Of a stretch of 64,000 nucleotides of DNA, positions 26,276 to 38,144 are shown one piece after another. How positions within the stretch are numbered: position 1 is the first letter of the stretch; every line of letters starts with the position of its first letter. This DNA comes from Pseudovirgaria hyperparasitica (taxonomy: Eukaryota): the NCBI GenBank assembly GCA_010093815.1, contig ML996573.1. One strand, 5' to 3'. The notes beneath the pieces were generated by a model. That model ran no database searches. It saw nothing but the letters and a program-made list of their open reading frames with translations, and was not told where the DNA came from. The translations under genes and the position numbers were made by a program.

Positions 26276-26677
26276 TTCGTGATCGAACGGCGCTCAATCG
26301 TGCGAGAAACCTCTTTTTGTTTCCGCCCGCTAATGAACAGCGTTGGATGGTATCAGTGTTACGCGTGAGGAGCCCTGAGACTCTTCCCCTATGGGCTTTG
26401 CTGAAACTGCTTTCAATGAGGATATCACTCTGATCATTGACATGTAATTGGCAGTAAATCAAAAGTTGCAACAGCGACAACCCTTCTCGAATCGACAAGA
26501 AGAGGCGCCTTGGGTGAAAAGAGGTGAGTGATGACGGTCAGCTTAGTCCCGTTTAGATTTAGCATGGATAATCCCTCGGCCGTCTTAACGCCGATGATCC
26601 TCAGGGATCCGTTTATATTCACCGGGAACCTCGTCAGCTCTAAAGCTTACCAAGATATTCTTCATACTGTGTCGGAT

Positions 26678-28103
26678 TCAAGACCGTCCGAGCAAAGCTT
26701 CGATCTGCTGCCAACGATCTACAAGAGTCGCAGCTATCCTGCCATTGCCCCCACTTAACTCTTTTAAAGATGCCTTGGCCTCAGAACATTCCTTCGCGAA
26801 GTCGTCGAATAGCCTTTCTACTGCCTCGTCAACGGTTTCTTGGTCACGGCTATCATCCCCAATTCCAGACACGAAGTTGCGATAACGTTGCTGAGGAGTC
26901 GTGGCCAGACGCAAAGCTGCTAGAGTACGGTAGCACACCGCAGGTTTTGAGTCAACTATAGACAGAGTATATTCCCTGCGGCGGATTAGGGACCCCTTCT
27001 TTCAAATTTTGGTTCGCGTACCCTAGTAACCTATCATCCTTTAATACATCCTTCTGCTCGGCCGTGAGTTTGGGGACGATGAGATGGTCGAGAGAGACTG
27101 AGTCCCAGTGATTATTTGGCAGCATGAAGCCATCTTTGTAAAGTCAGCCATCTTATTCATTCATTCTACGGATGATGAAGTACACTCTGCCAGCAGATAG
27201 TCATTACTGTGCCCACCGTAGGAGAAGAACACTTCCTCGCCAGCCTCTATCAACCCGTCAGTAAAACTGTATGCCATTACCAGAGTTCACTTACTGTAAG
27301 TTTTGGTGCTTACAACGCTATATCCGCTCCTATCTGTGGTCACATCACACTTTGAGACTTAGCAATACGCACTTCACATGTAGTTCCGGCATCAGGAAGG
27401 AGATTTGTACACACCCCGCCAACGTCGGTATGATTGAAGTAGTCACCGAAAGGACACAGCGCAAGACAATCTTCGGACTTGAGGTCGCTTCGCCTCTTGG
27501 GCATTCGTGACAGAGGTGTAGCAGGATAGTTCCAGTAGAATACACGGGTATTGATGATCAGCCAAAAATACTTGAAGAGATGTTCTGATGAGGCTGGTAG
27601 ATACATTTTCAGGTCGTGGAAATCTTTTTGATACTTCTTCTGTTGAGAATCAAGGAGTGCTTCTGGTGTCAATGTAGTTCAATAGAAGAGCTTGGGATGC
27701 TCTCACGTTTAGCCGTAGGGGGAAGATGCTCCTGGAGCTCCAATGGCCAGCAAAACGGCATGACACTCTCAAATTCCTGCATACTTGGCCAGGTCGCCTG
27801 CCATAATCTGTGGTTTCGCTTATCGTCCGCGTTGATGATTGTCAAGTAAGCAGCAAGTCGGCCCTGTACAGAGCTGCGACGAGGGAGATTCAGTTCCCAG
27901 ACTGCATCGCTATCGATAGTGATGAGGACCTTGGCTGGGACCTTGACAAGACATTCACCTGCATTTATGTCTCTGGCTGCGACCAAACCAAGGCCTTTGC
28001 CTTCGAATCGTGCTGGTGCTACGGCTGTGATCTGAACCCCTTGCTCTTTGGCCCATTTAACAAAGGCATCGTGTTCATCGCCAGGTGAGTACACAATGGC
28101 CAT
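26678..28103 (-). CDS. SET-domain protein-lysine N-methyltransferase (Rubisco-LSMT/ribosomal type), about 6 exons
   Basis: GKGLGLVAARDINAGE, INTR, LCPFGDYFNH and AGEEVFFSYGGHSNDYLLAEYGF assembled across canonical short introns; ends ..DRWQQIEALLGRS*. Confidence 0.88.
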
Positions 28104-28460
28104 GCCGAAGTATGCGGACAGCTTAGTTCCAACAAGTGGCAAATATCATGTTTCAAAATCCAAGAAAAACTCGAACTGACGACTCAATATCAAATTCGGT
28201 GTCCATCTAAGCAAGCACGCAATTAAGAGATGTGAGTCAGATGCATCGTTGTCGAATATCTGTGGGTGACCCTGGGCGTAAATTTGGTACCTTTGCCCGC
28301 TTAACCTGGTACGGGTTAGGTCCCAGGTCAGTCTTAAGCCCTGCATCCATGACATCCATAGCGCCGTTTTCATTATGCAACTTCGAAGGCACCAAGCCTG
28401 AGTATTGCCCAAAGTTATTAGATCTCATTGATCTGGCAAACTTGCGGTCTCACCATTACA

Positions 28461-29315
28461 ATGGCTACTCCAGTATATCTGGCCTTGAGCAGACCACAAC
28501 ACCTGTCCGCCATAACCAAACTCCCCGCCTGCCTCCGCACATTCTCTGTCCTCAACCGCCCATCCCCAAACTACCCGGGCCACGTTCCGCTCACACATAT
28601 CGAGCGCGGCGCACTTGCAATCGGCTCCGCACTATGGTCTTATGTCGACCCAACCCGAGGCGACCTCATCGCTGCCCTCGGCGAAGCCACTGCACAACCT
28701 TACTTTATCACAAAGCTCCGCGACACTATGCTCTCACATCCCACAGGGCGACGGCTGCTCAAAGATCGACCACGCATAACAAGTAAGAGCTTGAACGTAG
28801 AGTATCTGAGGAGCTTGCCAGAGAATACTGTGGGAAGGGTGTATGTTGGGTGGTTGGATAGAGAGGGTGTCACGCCGGACACGCGGAGCGCGGTGCGATA
28901 TATCGATGACCCTGAGTGCGCATATGTCATGCAGCGATATCGCGAGTGTCATGACTTCTATCATGCGCTAGTAGGGCTGCCTGTGATTCGCGAGGGTGAG
29001 GTCGCGCTCAAAGCGTTCGAGTTCGCGAACCTGGGAATTCCGATGACGGGCCTGAGTGTGTTCGCAGTTACAACACTGAAGAGAAAGGCGTTTCAAAGGT
29101 TCTGGGAGGTGTATGGACCGTGGGCGGTAAGGAACGGGGTAAATTCTGAGAGCGTTTTGAACGTCTATTGGGAAGAGGAATTGGAAACGGATGTGCAAGC
29201 TCTAAGAGAGCGATTGGGCATTGAGATGCCACCAGACTTGAGGGAAATTCGAAGGGCGGAACGAGAGAAGAGCAAGAAAGAAAAGGAGCGAAGCGCAAGT
29301 GCAGGTGCATCGTAA
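28461..29315 (+). CDS. COQ4: Ubiquinone biosynthesis protein Coq4
   Basis: [26 protein letters not shown], and [23 protein letters not shown] (HDxxH..E metal motif); ATG at 28461. Confidence 0.96.
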   Translation: MATPVYLALSRPQHLSAITKLPACLRTFSVLNRPSPNYPGHVPLTHIERGALAIGSALWSYVDPTRGDLIAALGEATAQPYFITKLRDTMLSHPTGRRLLKDRPRITSKSLNVEYLRSLPENTVGRVYVGWLDREGVTPDTRSAVRYIDDPECAYVMQRYRECHDFYHALVGLPVIREGEVALKAFEFANLGIPMTGLSVFAVTTLKRKAFQRFWEVYGPWAVRNGVNSESVLNVYWEEELETDVQALRERLGIEMPPDLREIRRAEREKSKKEKERSASAGAS

Positions 29316-29448
29316 ACTTGTAATGTATTGCAATTAGAGTATGCATTCCCTTGTACATATCTGAGCCATACAGGCTATGAACGATTTTTTGACTCCCAAC
29401 GCCAACCCGCCAAGAACACAGATCTCGAGTATGTTTTTCGAAGTCCGC

Positions 29449-29955
29449 TTATAGGCCTTCGAGTAGATCGTCATCGTCATCCCACCTCGAGCCCTTCCTT
29501 TGCACTGTGATCTTCTCTTCCTCCTTTTGCTCGGCTACTGCCCCAAGTAGCTGCTTCAACTGTTCTTCGTTGACTCTCCCAGGCAATTGCCTCTGCTGCG
29601 CCAAGAATATCAGCCTATCCTCAACATCTTTCGCGCGCGTCGCGTTGACCAAGCGGATGCGATTCAACCTGTCTTGTGCGTCTGGGAGGAGGATCTGGGC
29701 GATCATAGATGCGCGTGCATTGGCTTCGCGCTCTCTATACGGAATGTCAGATTAATGCTCTAGGACCATTCATGACCATGAGACGCTATACCGTTGCACA
29801 TCTTCCTTGTTCTGGCCTTCTCCGCCGCTGGCGCCGCCTTGTTGACGGAACTGCTCGAGGCGCGCTTTGCGAATCTGCACCGGGTCAAGTTATGAGGAGT
29901 CTAGCCATGCGCTGCAAAAGATATTGCATACCTGTTCGAGTTCTTCGTCGGCCAT
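29449..29955 (-). CDS. PDCD5: PDCD5/TFAR19-family dsDNA-binding protein, 3 exons
   Basis: MADEELEQ|IRKARLEQF..|..QILLPDAQDRLNRIRLV..AKDVEDRLI..WDDDDD, with two canonical introns. Confidence 0.93.
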
Positions 29956-30964
29956 GGTCGCTGCTACGCGTCGCGTGAGTTATTGTCGTTGTGGTTCGAG
30001 ATTTTGGTTGGGTGGGCTTTTGCTCGCGGGGTCAAGGACGAGGCCGAACTAGGCACATCTGATTGATGCCTTATTAACAAATGATTGCACATATGCAATT
30101 GGAGCACCATCACTCTGAAATTCATGATCCTGTAGCTAGAGTCTCATATAATGATGACCCAGTGACACATTTGCGATACAGGTCATATGTATCATTAGTT
30201 CACGACTGAGGCTGTAGGTATGGTAAGGTGAGTGCGGTTGAATATTGTATACACTGATAATCATAGGGATTAGTCAAGCACGGCATACATCACAGTGACC
30301 GAGCATAGACGTCGGATCGTTCATATGAATAATCAGACAAATGGATGATGGGTGTGTTGAGACTCAACAGCCTCACAAGCCAATATATCGAATCCATGGA
30401 AGGATCACAGAACGCTGATAACAGTGCTTGATAGTGAAAGACAGCCCCTTTTCTCCGATGTGCAGAATCGTGTCCCGTAGTTGCGTCTGTAGTGTGACGG
30501 CACATGTGGTAAGGAGAAATAGTGTTTCACGGGGAAGTGCACATGCATGCTAATTACTTGTTTCTTGACAAGCAGACACGGATCCGCGAGGATTGTTGGA
30601 GTTGATCTGGACAAGGTCTAGACGATGAGGAGATCCATCTAGAGGTCGATACTTGTTATAGAAGCTGGAGGCCGACGAACTATTAATATTAATCAACGAC
30701 ACGGCTAGACCCTGCTGCCAGTAGTCCAATAACTAGGTCCAACCTTGGAGTAAGTTACTTCAATGCAACCCCTGGCCTGGCGGAGAGTTAGACCGTGATT
30801 CGCTGATAGGGTTGGCGGCTCTTGCTTTAGTGCTGGGCAGCTTGGGACTTGCATCCGCGTGCGAGGTTCCTTCTCCGATCAAGGCGATGCCGACGCCCAG
30901 GGAATCTGTCCAGGAGGAGCTTGCTTGCTCACCTGTTTCCCGACTGCACGCACCTCGCCTCCGC

Positions 30965-30994
30965 CATCATCATCACCATCATCATCATCATCAT
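30965..30994 (+). repeat. (CAT)n microsatellite upstream of SEC2
   Basis: Ten CAY triplets. Confidence 0.85.
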
Positions 30995-31218
30995 CCTCTC
31001 TCGTACCTCACCCTTACGAACCTCTTCACCTTCGTCTCGCCGCGTGCGTTCCACTGCTGCGCTTGCTCTTAATCGCAATCTTCGGCCATGTCGCCATCCC
31101 TTACCTAGACGTTGTTGTTCTCCTCTTTCTTTCATACAGTCGTTCCCTTCGTTCCGATCGACCCGACTAGTCTGTTCTCGTGCACGTGAAGCAACCGGAG
31201 CTCTCAACAACCGTCAAA

Positions 31219-33356
31219 CTGGCTGAGTACGTCTTCCCACCGCACGCAAACCTGTTCTCATCGAATGGGATGTTCATACTGACTTGAGCAGTATATTCTA
31301 CGTCGGGGCCTGGGGAGGCCATGGTCCAGGACTCATGACTACGCCGTCGCAAACCTCGTCGATAGCACGCCGCTCTCTCACACCCACACCGAAAACACCC
31401 TCGCGAACAAAGCACCTCTCACACTCTGTCTCGACGCCTCATCTCCACAAAGACATGGCCGCTGTTGCTACTGCTCCCCGCCTGCAGGACATATTCCATT
31501 CGGATTCGGACATGCTCAATACCATCCCTGATCCAAGGTCTTCAACTCCTGCTACCCCGATTTCGCGACAAGGCTCTACAGACTCCGGTCGTCATCCAGA
31601 TCTATCTTCGGAGGTCGCAACGCTGAGCACAAAGCTCGTAAACGCGATAAATCATCAGACTGACTTGGACGATTCGTTGCAAGTAACGCGACATGAGCTA
31701 GATACTGCAAAGGAAACCATAGCAAAGCTGCAGGCGCAAGTGAAGGAGCACACAGACGCTGTGAACCATGGATTGTGGATCAAGAGAGAAAGGTTTGATG
31801 CAGCACAAAAAGAAATGGAAGAGGAACGCAAGAACAGAAAGATAATGGAGAAAGAGAAGAAACGCATGGAATCTGAACTCGAAAATTTAACCACAGCGCT
31901 TTTCGAAGAGGCCAATGCCGTAAGTGGTACACAATGTCGCATACCTGCCCAACTAACATGCAACCAGATGGTCGCAGCCGCTCGTAAGGAGACGGAAGCA
32001 TCCGAGAAACGCAACGACCAGCTCAAGAATCAACTCCAAGACTCAGAGATTCTGCTTCGCTCACATCAGGATCAGCTCCATGATCTCAAGTCTGTTATGG
32101 AGAAAATGAGCGAACGCGATGAGAGTGAGAGTAACGCGCAATCTTTTACAGCTCCTTCGACCCCTGGAGTGAACGCGCAAGACAAGGTTACTCGTATGCT
32201 GGATCCTAGTAATGGCTCGCCTGTGACACCAACGCACGAGGAAACAGCTCCCGATCACCCGCTGCATTGGTCGCATCTCATCAACCCTGTTTTACGCACT
32301 GACTTGCACACTTACACCGAGTTTCAGGAGCTACTTCGACAGGGACGCATCTTCTCCAATCCGCCCAGTCGTGTTGGCAGCGGCAACTATAGTACCTTGA
32401 ATCTCAGCGTCTTGGGAAGTCTGACACAGCATTCCAACGGTTCCTTGACGTCTCTTGCGACTCTGAAGTCTCCCCAAAGTACTCCCAGCTCTGTTCCAGG
32501 AGGATCTCCACGAATCCCCGGCAATCTCCCTCCATTGAAAGAGACGCCGTTCTTCAAAAGAGCAATCACAGAGGACATTGAGCCCACACTGCGGCTTGAT
32601 CAAGCGCCAGGTGTATCATGGATGGGAAGACGCACAGTTCTTACCAGTATCATTGCTGGCAGCTTGGTCGTTGAACCTCACCCGCCGGTGAAAAAGCACC
32701 GAGGCCCTGTATACGCATGTTCGATGTGCGGTGAAGCTAGAGCTGCTGAACAGTACTCTCGTAAGTATCGATTCAAAACTTCTGAGGCCGAAGATGCTCA
32801 GAGGTATCCACTCTGTGACTGGTGTATGGGACGCCTCCGGGCAACATGCGACTACGTCGGGTTTTTGCGCATGGTGCAAGCTGGCCACTGGCGCGCCGAT
32901 TCTGAAGAGGAGCAGAAGACGGCCTGGGAGGAAGCAGTTCGATTTCGAGAACGAATGTTCTGGTCGAGAATTGGAGGCGGGGTCATTCCTGCGATATCCT
33001 ACAGGGACTGCCTAAGAAGTCCTGCTCATGCCCGCGCCGATGTGAGACATAGCGAAGACAGCAACCTTACATCGAGTACAACGAATATTGTCGAGATGGA
33101 CGAAACTAAGGATGATCCTTTTGCCGGTGATAGCAAGGCAAAGCGGGTGTCTATTGGCAGGACGAGTGTAGCCGAGATTAACGGAATCAGCAGTCCAGAG
33201 AGTGACTCCAACTCAGAACCCGGGTCGGTGGACAGTCATGATGCTCAAGAACTGGCATCAAATCAACTCCAAAGTGAAGATGCCATTGCTTCTGCGAAAC
33301 TAGATTCTACGACCTCCGCGGAGCCGGAGACAAGAATCCCTGGCTCATTCGACTGA
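31219..33356 (+). CDS. SEC2: Sec2-family Rab GDP/GTP exchange factor; introns 31227-31291 and 31920-31967; start is CTG 31219 or ATG 31335
   Basis: Sec2p coiled coil KKRMESELENLTTALFEEANA|MVAAAR, EDIEPTLRLD, and C-terminal CSMC..YPLCDWCMGRLRATCDY..RERMFWSRIG. Confidence 0.9.
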
Positions 33357-34190
33357 GCTCCTTCAAACAAAACTACAATCACATATACACACGCATCTAC
33401 GATGGCCTCTCGGGAATGAGAGTACTCAAACTCTACAATCGATATTCGATTTACTTGACGTTCGCTCGAATTTCGCTCGCTTGGACACCCACATCTTATC
33501 ACTACACGTATTTCCGCGATAATCATTTTAACGAGCCATCATCCGCAACTTTTCCACACAACAGATGAGGCGGGCACCTTAAAGCCCTATTCCCTGCATT
33601 CTTGGCGCAACGCATAATATAGCGAAAAAGGATAACATATTGTATTAGTATTACCAACTGTATGGCACGCAATCTCGAGTAACGTAATATCTCGTTACTT
33701 TGCACAGTCATGGTCATGACTGTGAATGCGCTAGGTTGGATTGGTCATTCATTTCTTTTGGGAAAGGAAACATACAGGAGCATATGAATGGAGTGGTCGA
33801 GTTGAGCATGTGACGGCAGTGTTGCTGTGCGCAGGGGGCTTGATATATCTGGATGGCTGGTGTAATGCGAACTTATTTATTTAAACAATTAGAAAGACGC
33901 TTCGCTGTTGCTTACATACCGGTGTTACCTGTGAATCTGGTGTGTGTCCATGCATGTGCGAGTGCGTTCCTCATTGGATTGGCGACATCCTCTGATGCTA
34001 AGGCGTAGAACGATCACGTTCTATAGATTTGCATACCAGCCTACCGCGACAAAGCCACAGTCTCAGTAGGGTGTAGAGATACCACAAGACGACGGATACA
34101 AGTGCCGAGGGCAAAAGATATAGGCTGCATAGATCATGCTCTTGTAAGGCAGTATTCCTCGATTTCACCCTCCTCTCTGCGCGGAATCGT

Positions 34191-34240
34191 AGATGACGAA
34201 TGCCGCGCAGATGACGAATGCCACGCAGATGACGAATGCC
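34191..34240 (+). repeat. 18-bp tandem repeat, about 2.8 copies (AGATGACGAATGCCRCGC)
   Basis: Units start at 34191, 34209 and 34227. Confidence 0.9.
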
Positions 34241-34907
34241 GAAAAGAAATTTCAGGCAGCCACATATTTTTTTTTCTGGCCATGAAGTAAGACTCAAAGG
34301 GACAACTCAAAGGGGAGTGGAGGTGTTGTCCACATCGGAGGTACGTCCGACACATCTCTCCAGCCATACATACTAGCTGTTGCATTCCAAGCAAACCCTC
34401 GCAAGGACACGACGCTCTCAGCCTCAAATGCATGTATGCTGGTATGTATAATGTATGTATATATGTGACGCATTCTCGCCAAAGCCTTTCCGACCAACCA
34501 ACCAACATAAACAAAGACAAAGGCAGCCTTGCCGGCTTTTTTTCCCCAGGTCGCTTTGTTTGAGTGGACACGTACACGTATACTGAGGCTGAATTGTATG
34601 TTACACAGAAATGTATCCTTGTTCGGGCCAATCACCGCCCTGCCTGAGCCGCTGAGTGCTCGCCGAAAGACGTCCCCCTGGTGCGGTGAGATGTGGCGCC
34701 TGAGCGCGGTGTGAATCTCCCGGGTGGGTGTCAGACCGCCGGAGGTGTGTTATTGGGCGGCTTAGCATCGGGAGGATTCGTCGGAGAGTGGGAGAGAGGC
34801 TTTGTAGAGAACACGAGATGAGTTGTAGTTGCTGTTTTGGAGAGTACTGTCGTGGTCGTGGAATATGTTAGTTGTAGATAGAAAGGGAGGGCGGTGTCAT
34901 TGGTTCA

Positions 34908-34940
34908 TGTATGTATATATGTATATATATATATATATAT
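34908..34940. repeat. (TA)n microsatellite
   Basis: TGTATGTATATATGTATATATATATATATATAT. Confidence 0.85.
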
Positions 34941-35469
34941 GCTTGTACGGCGTGACTTGGTCTGGAGTTTTTTTGGAGTGGTTGTAAAGGAGAGACTTTA
35001 CTTGCGCTGTACTTGTGACAAAGAGTTTTTATTCCTGGCTGTTACATACATCCTACTTGAAAGTCTGTTGAGAGTTATTCGAGATGAATGCTTCAATGGA
35101 GAATGACCTTGCTGGTGTTGGAGCTTGGTGTGATGAGTTCACACTCGGAAAAATGAAAAGGAATGACTTTGGTGGTGGGAATAAGACCGTTGATCTCAAC
35201 TTGGATATCATGGCGAAGAGCTACCAGTGTAGGTTCATCAGAGAGGAGATGGTATAGAGACTCCGCTTACATCGCTAGGTGTCGACAAGAGCTATTACCA
35301 TGAAGGTGACCCTCAGAGACGCATCGAGTATTGGCTCCACGGCGTACCTGCTTTCTATACTCAAGCACCCATCACGCCCTCGGATAGTGGCGAAAAGAGT
35401 GGGAAATAGCCAGCAATCGAGTGCAAACTGGTAATGAGTATTTTGATACAGCCAAACGATTACAAACTT

Positions 35470-37636
35470 TTATCGAGAGGCAAGGAGACCGTCCACATGC
35501 CTTGCTATTCCGAGAAGGCGTTCTTCATCGAATCGTCGACCCATTATTTGCACACCAACAGGGGCTCCGTCGTATTTTTTGGCATCGTCTGGTGAGATCA
35601 GCACTCATGTCAAATTATGCACGCACGACTGTCAACATACAAGCTTCCCAGTTCTCCAGGTCGTCGTCATTCATGGGCTTAAAGTCAGGGTCTGGTTGGT
35701 CGATCGCCTCCTCAGCTTTGGTGACTGGGAAAGACACCGCGGAGTAGTTCAGAAGATCCACAATTGTTGTGTAGCCTAGGCACACTGTATTAGAGAAATT
35801 ATATGTAGTCATCTTTCCATCAGACGTACCGTAATGGAAATATTTGTCAGGGAGTACTGCAGCGTGAGGCGCAACGGGCATGATCACGGCATCTACTGGG
35901 GTGTTTGTGCTTGTTGTGGCAGCTGTTGAGTTCCAGTACTGGTCATACTGTGCACGATATGCTTTGACGCGCAGTCCTTTATCTTGATACTCAAGAAGTG
36001 GCATCGGCTCGAAGGGACCACCTCCATAATCTCCGGTCATACCGTCAATAAGTGGCTCACGAAGTATGTTCAGCTGCTTCCAGATATGCTGTCCACCATC
36101 TGCTGCCATGAATTGATGCTGTTTGAGATAGTGTGAGCACGTAACGTATGTGCAATGACGAAGCTCACACTTACGTGCAGATATGTGCCGTCCGCATGTG
36201 ACGGTGGGTTCCACTCAACAACCTGATGAACAGTCTCAGCGAATTTCTCTTACGGTTGATCACACTCATCATACCTCGTGCCCCGCCTTTTTGACTGCCT
36301 CTACGACAATATCGATACCACGTGCGATAGGAGGATGCGGAGTGACCATTCCATCATTCCGTAGTACTGCAAAGCAGAGTTTCGGCCTACAGGGAGAAAG
36401 ACCGTCACGCCAAGGAATCTCCACAACATCTGGATCGCGAAGCCAAGGCTGTGTTGACAAGACTGACTTCATTATGAGTTCCAGAGCAGGTAGGGTCGTT
36501 GACAGAAACCCAATCGCAGAAGGCACCAATGTCTGTCCTGGAGTCTAGATACTATTTAGTAAGGTACAGCCGAGCAATAAATCATAATATTACCGTATTT
36601 GCGACCGTTCGGTAAGAGAAGCGCCCGAATGATGGTTTGATAGCATAAACGCCACAGAACGCTGCAGGTATCCGGACAGAGCCACCTATAGTAAGCACTA
36701 ATTAAGCAGGGTTCCAACTCTCATACGAGTGGCAAAAAGTTGGAAAATTACCTATGTCTGTACCTAGCCCAACCGAGCTACCACCAAGAGCCATGAGTGC
36801 CGCTTCTCCACCACTGGAACCACCGCAAGAAAGCATTTGATGAACAGGATTCATTGTGCTACCAATGAGGTTATTCACAGTTTCCCCAAGTAGCAAAGTT
36901 TGAGGGCAGCTGGTCTGACACGTGTGTCAACTCATCATCGACTGAAAGTATATGAAACACGGGTGATGACACATGTGGTCAACGTGTATTGGCGTTTGAG
37001 GACCGAGGTGACTTTGAGACGGAAATACTATACCTTGCAGTAGAAGATGGCTCCCAGACTCCGAAGCTCCTCGACTATTTGGCTCTCGTCGTGAAATTCT
37101 CTCCCGGTGCCCTTCTTACCTTCAAAAGTCCCCACCCAGCCAACGTAGCCCATAGTTGTCTCGGCATGCCTGACATGGAATTGATCTTTGAGGCTGACAG
37201 GAAGCCCATGTAAAGGACCAATTGTCTTGCCATTAGTCATGTAGTAATCATCATATACACGCGCAAGCTCGATCGCATCGTCAAAGAATATCTCATGAAG
37301 ACAGTTGTTCTAATCTAGTTTAGGGAATATACTCTTTCAACATGTGTCGATACGTACCAACTGATGAGCAAATGCCGCCCTCTTGCAGTAAGCAAGGCAG
37401 ACTTCTGTTGCAGTGTACTCTCCCTGCTGTAGACTATGCGCCAGGTCAACAGTACTGGCCTCGGTAATAAGGCGCTCTCGCCCAGACATTAGGCCACGAA
37501 TGAAGGATCCAGTAATGTCGAGACGAGACGCAGCCTCCTTCTTGACTTCCAATGACAGCAGCCATTCAGGTCGGATTTTCGCAGAAGTAGCCTGGGTCTT
37601 TTGCGATGCTACCCATCGCCAATCATGGGTGCGCAT
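35470..37636 (-). CDS. Amidase-signature family amidase (acetamidase/general amidase-like), multi-exon
   Basis: [14 protein letters not shown] (catalytic Lys), CGGSSGGE and [16 protein letters not shown] (Ser-Ser-Lys triad); C-terminus [19 protein letters not shown]; stop at 35470. Confidence 0.93.
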
Positions 37637-37894
37637 TACGCTAAAGTCAGTCTGACCAAAGCGCCCTGGAGATTCTGTGAGGCGGATCGGGTGGATCTAA
37701 AGCTTGAGACTCGGGAAGGAGGAGCCTTTATGGTTTGGAAGACTCGATGGTTAAGGTAAGATTCATGCCTTTGTTGGGTGAGGTTTGCGAACTAGGTATG
37801 CCCAAAGGGCTAACGTTTGCATTTCCCGTGCCTCATGAAACAATCAGCTTACCCCGCGCGCGCTATGCCCAAACCATTGGCCGTGCGCTAGCGT

Positions 37895-37930
37895 CGGTGA
37901 ACGCTCACCGGGAGGCTGATGCTCACCGAT
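37895..37930. promoter_or_regulatory. Candidate regulator-binding sites in the amidase/TF divergent promoter: CGGTGA-N4-TCACCG and ATGCTCACCGAT
   Basis: Perfect inverted repeat at 37895-37910; the 12-mer at 37919-37930 recurs exactly at 42644-42655. Confidence 0.55.
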
Positions 37931-38144
37931 GCAGCCTGATGGATGCCTAACGGTTCACGTGTTCTGTTATTTGATAAGGAGAAGGGTCAGCAGTCCTAGA
38001 TTCATGATTCATTCTCCTTTTCGGCATTGCGTTGACGAATACCACTCCACTGGATACAAAAGACGGGTACTTACCTCCACTTTCCCGGAGGCCTTGGCCG
38101 GACATACTAAAGGTGGTTAGGGACAAATTAGCGGCCCGCCGTCA

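Noticed and set aside
30812..31226. Poly-His, poly-Ile and poly-Ser ORFs
   Set aside because: Artefacts of the (CAT)n microsatellite in the SEC2 leader.
34191..34240. Short repeat array considered as CRISPR-like
   Set aside because: Units are contiguous with no unique spacers, the context is eukaryotic, and there are no cas genes.
34630..34780. GC-rich stretch with CTGAG considered as a TPP riboswitch
   Set aside because: It lacks the TGAT..TAAT..GCG aptamer core and there is no thiamine gene nearby.
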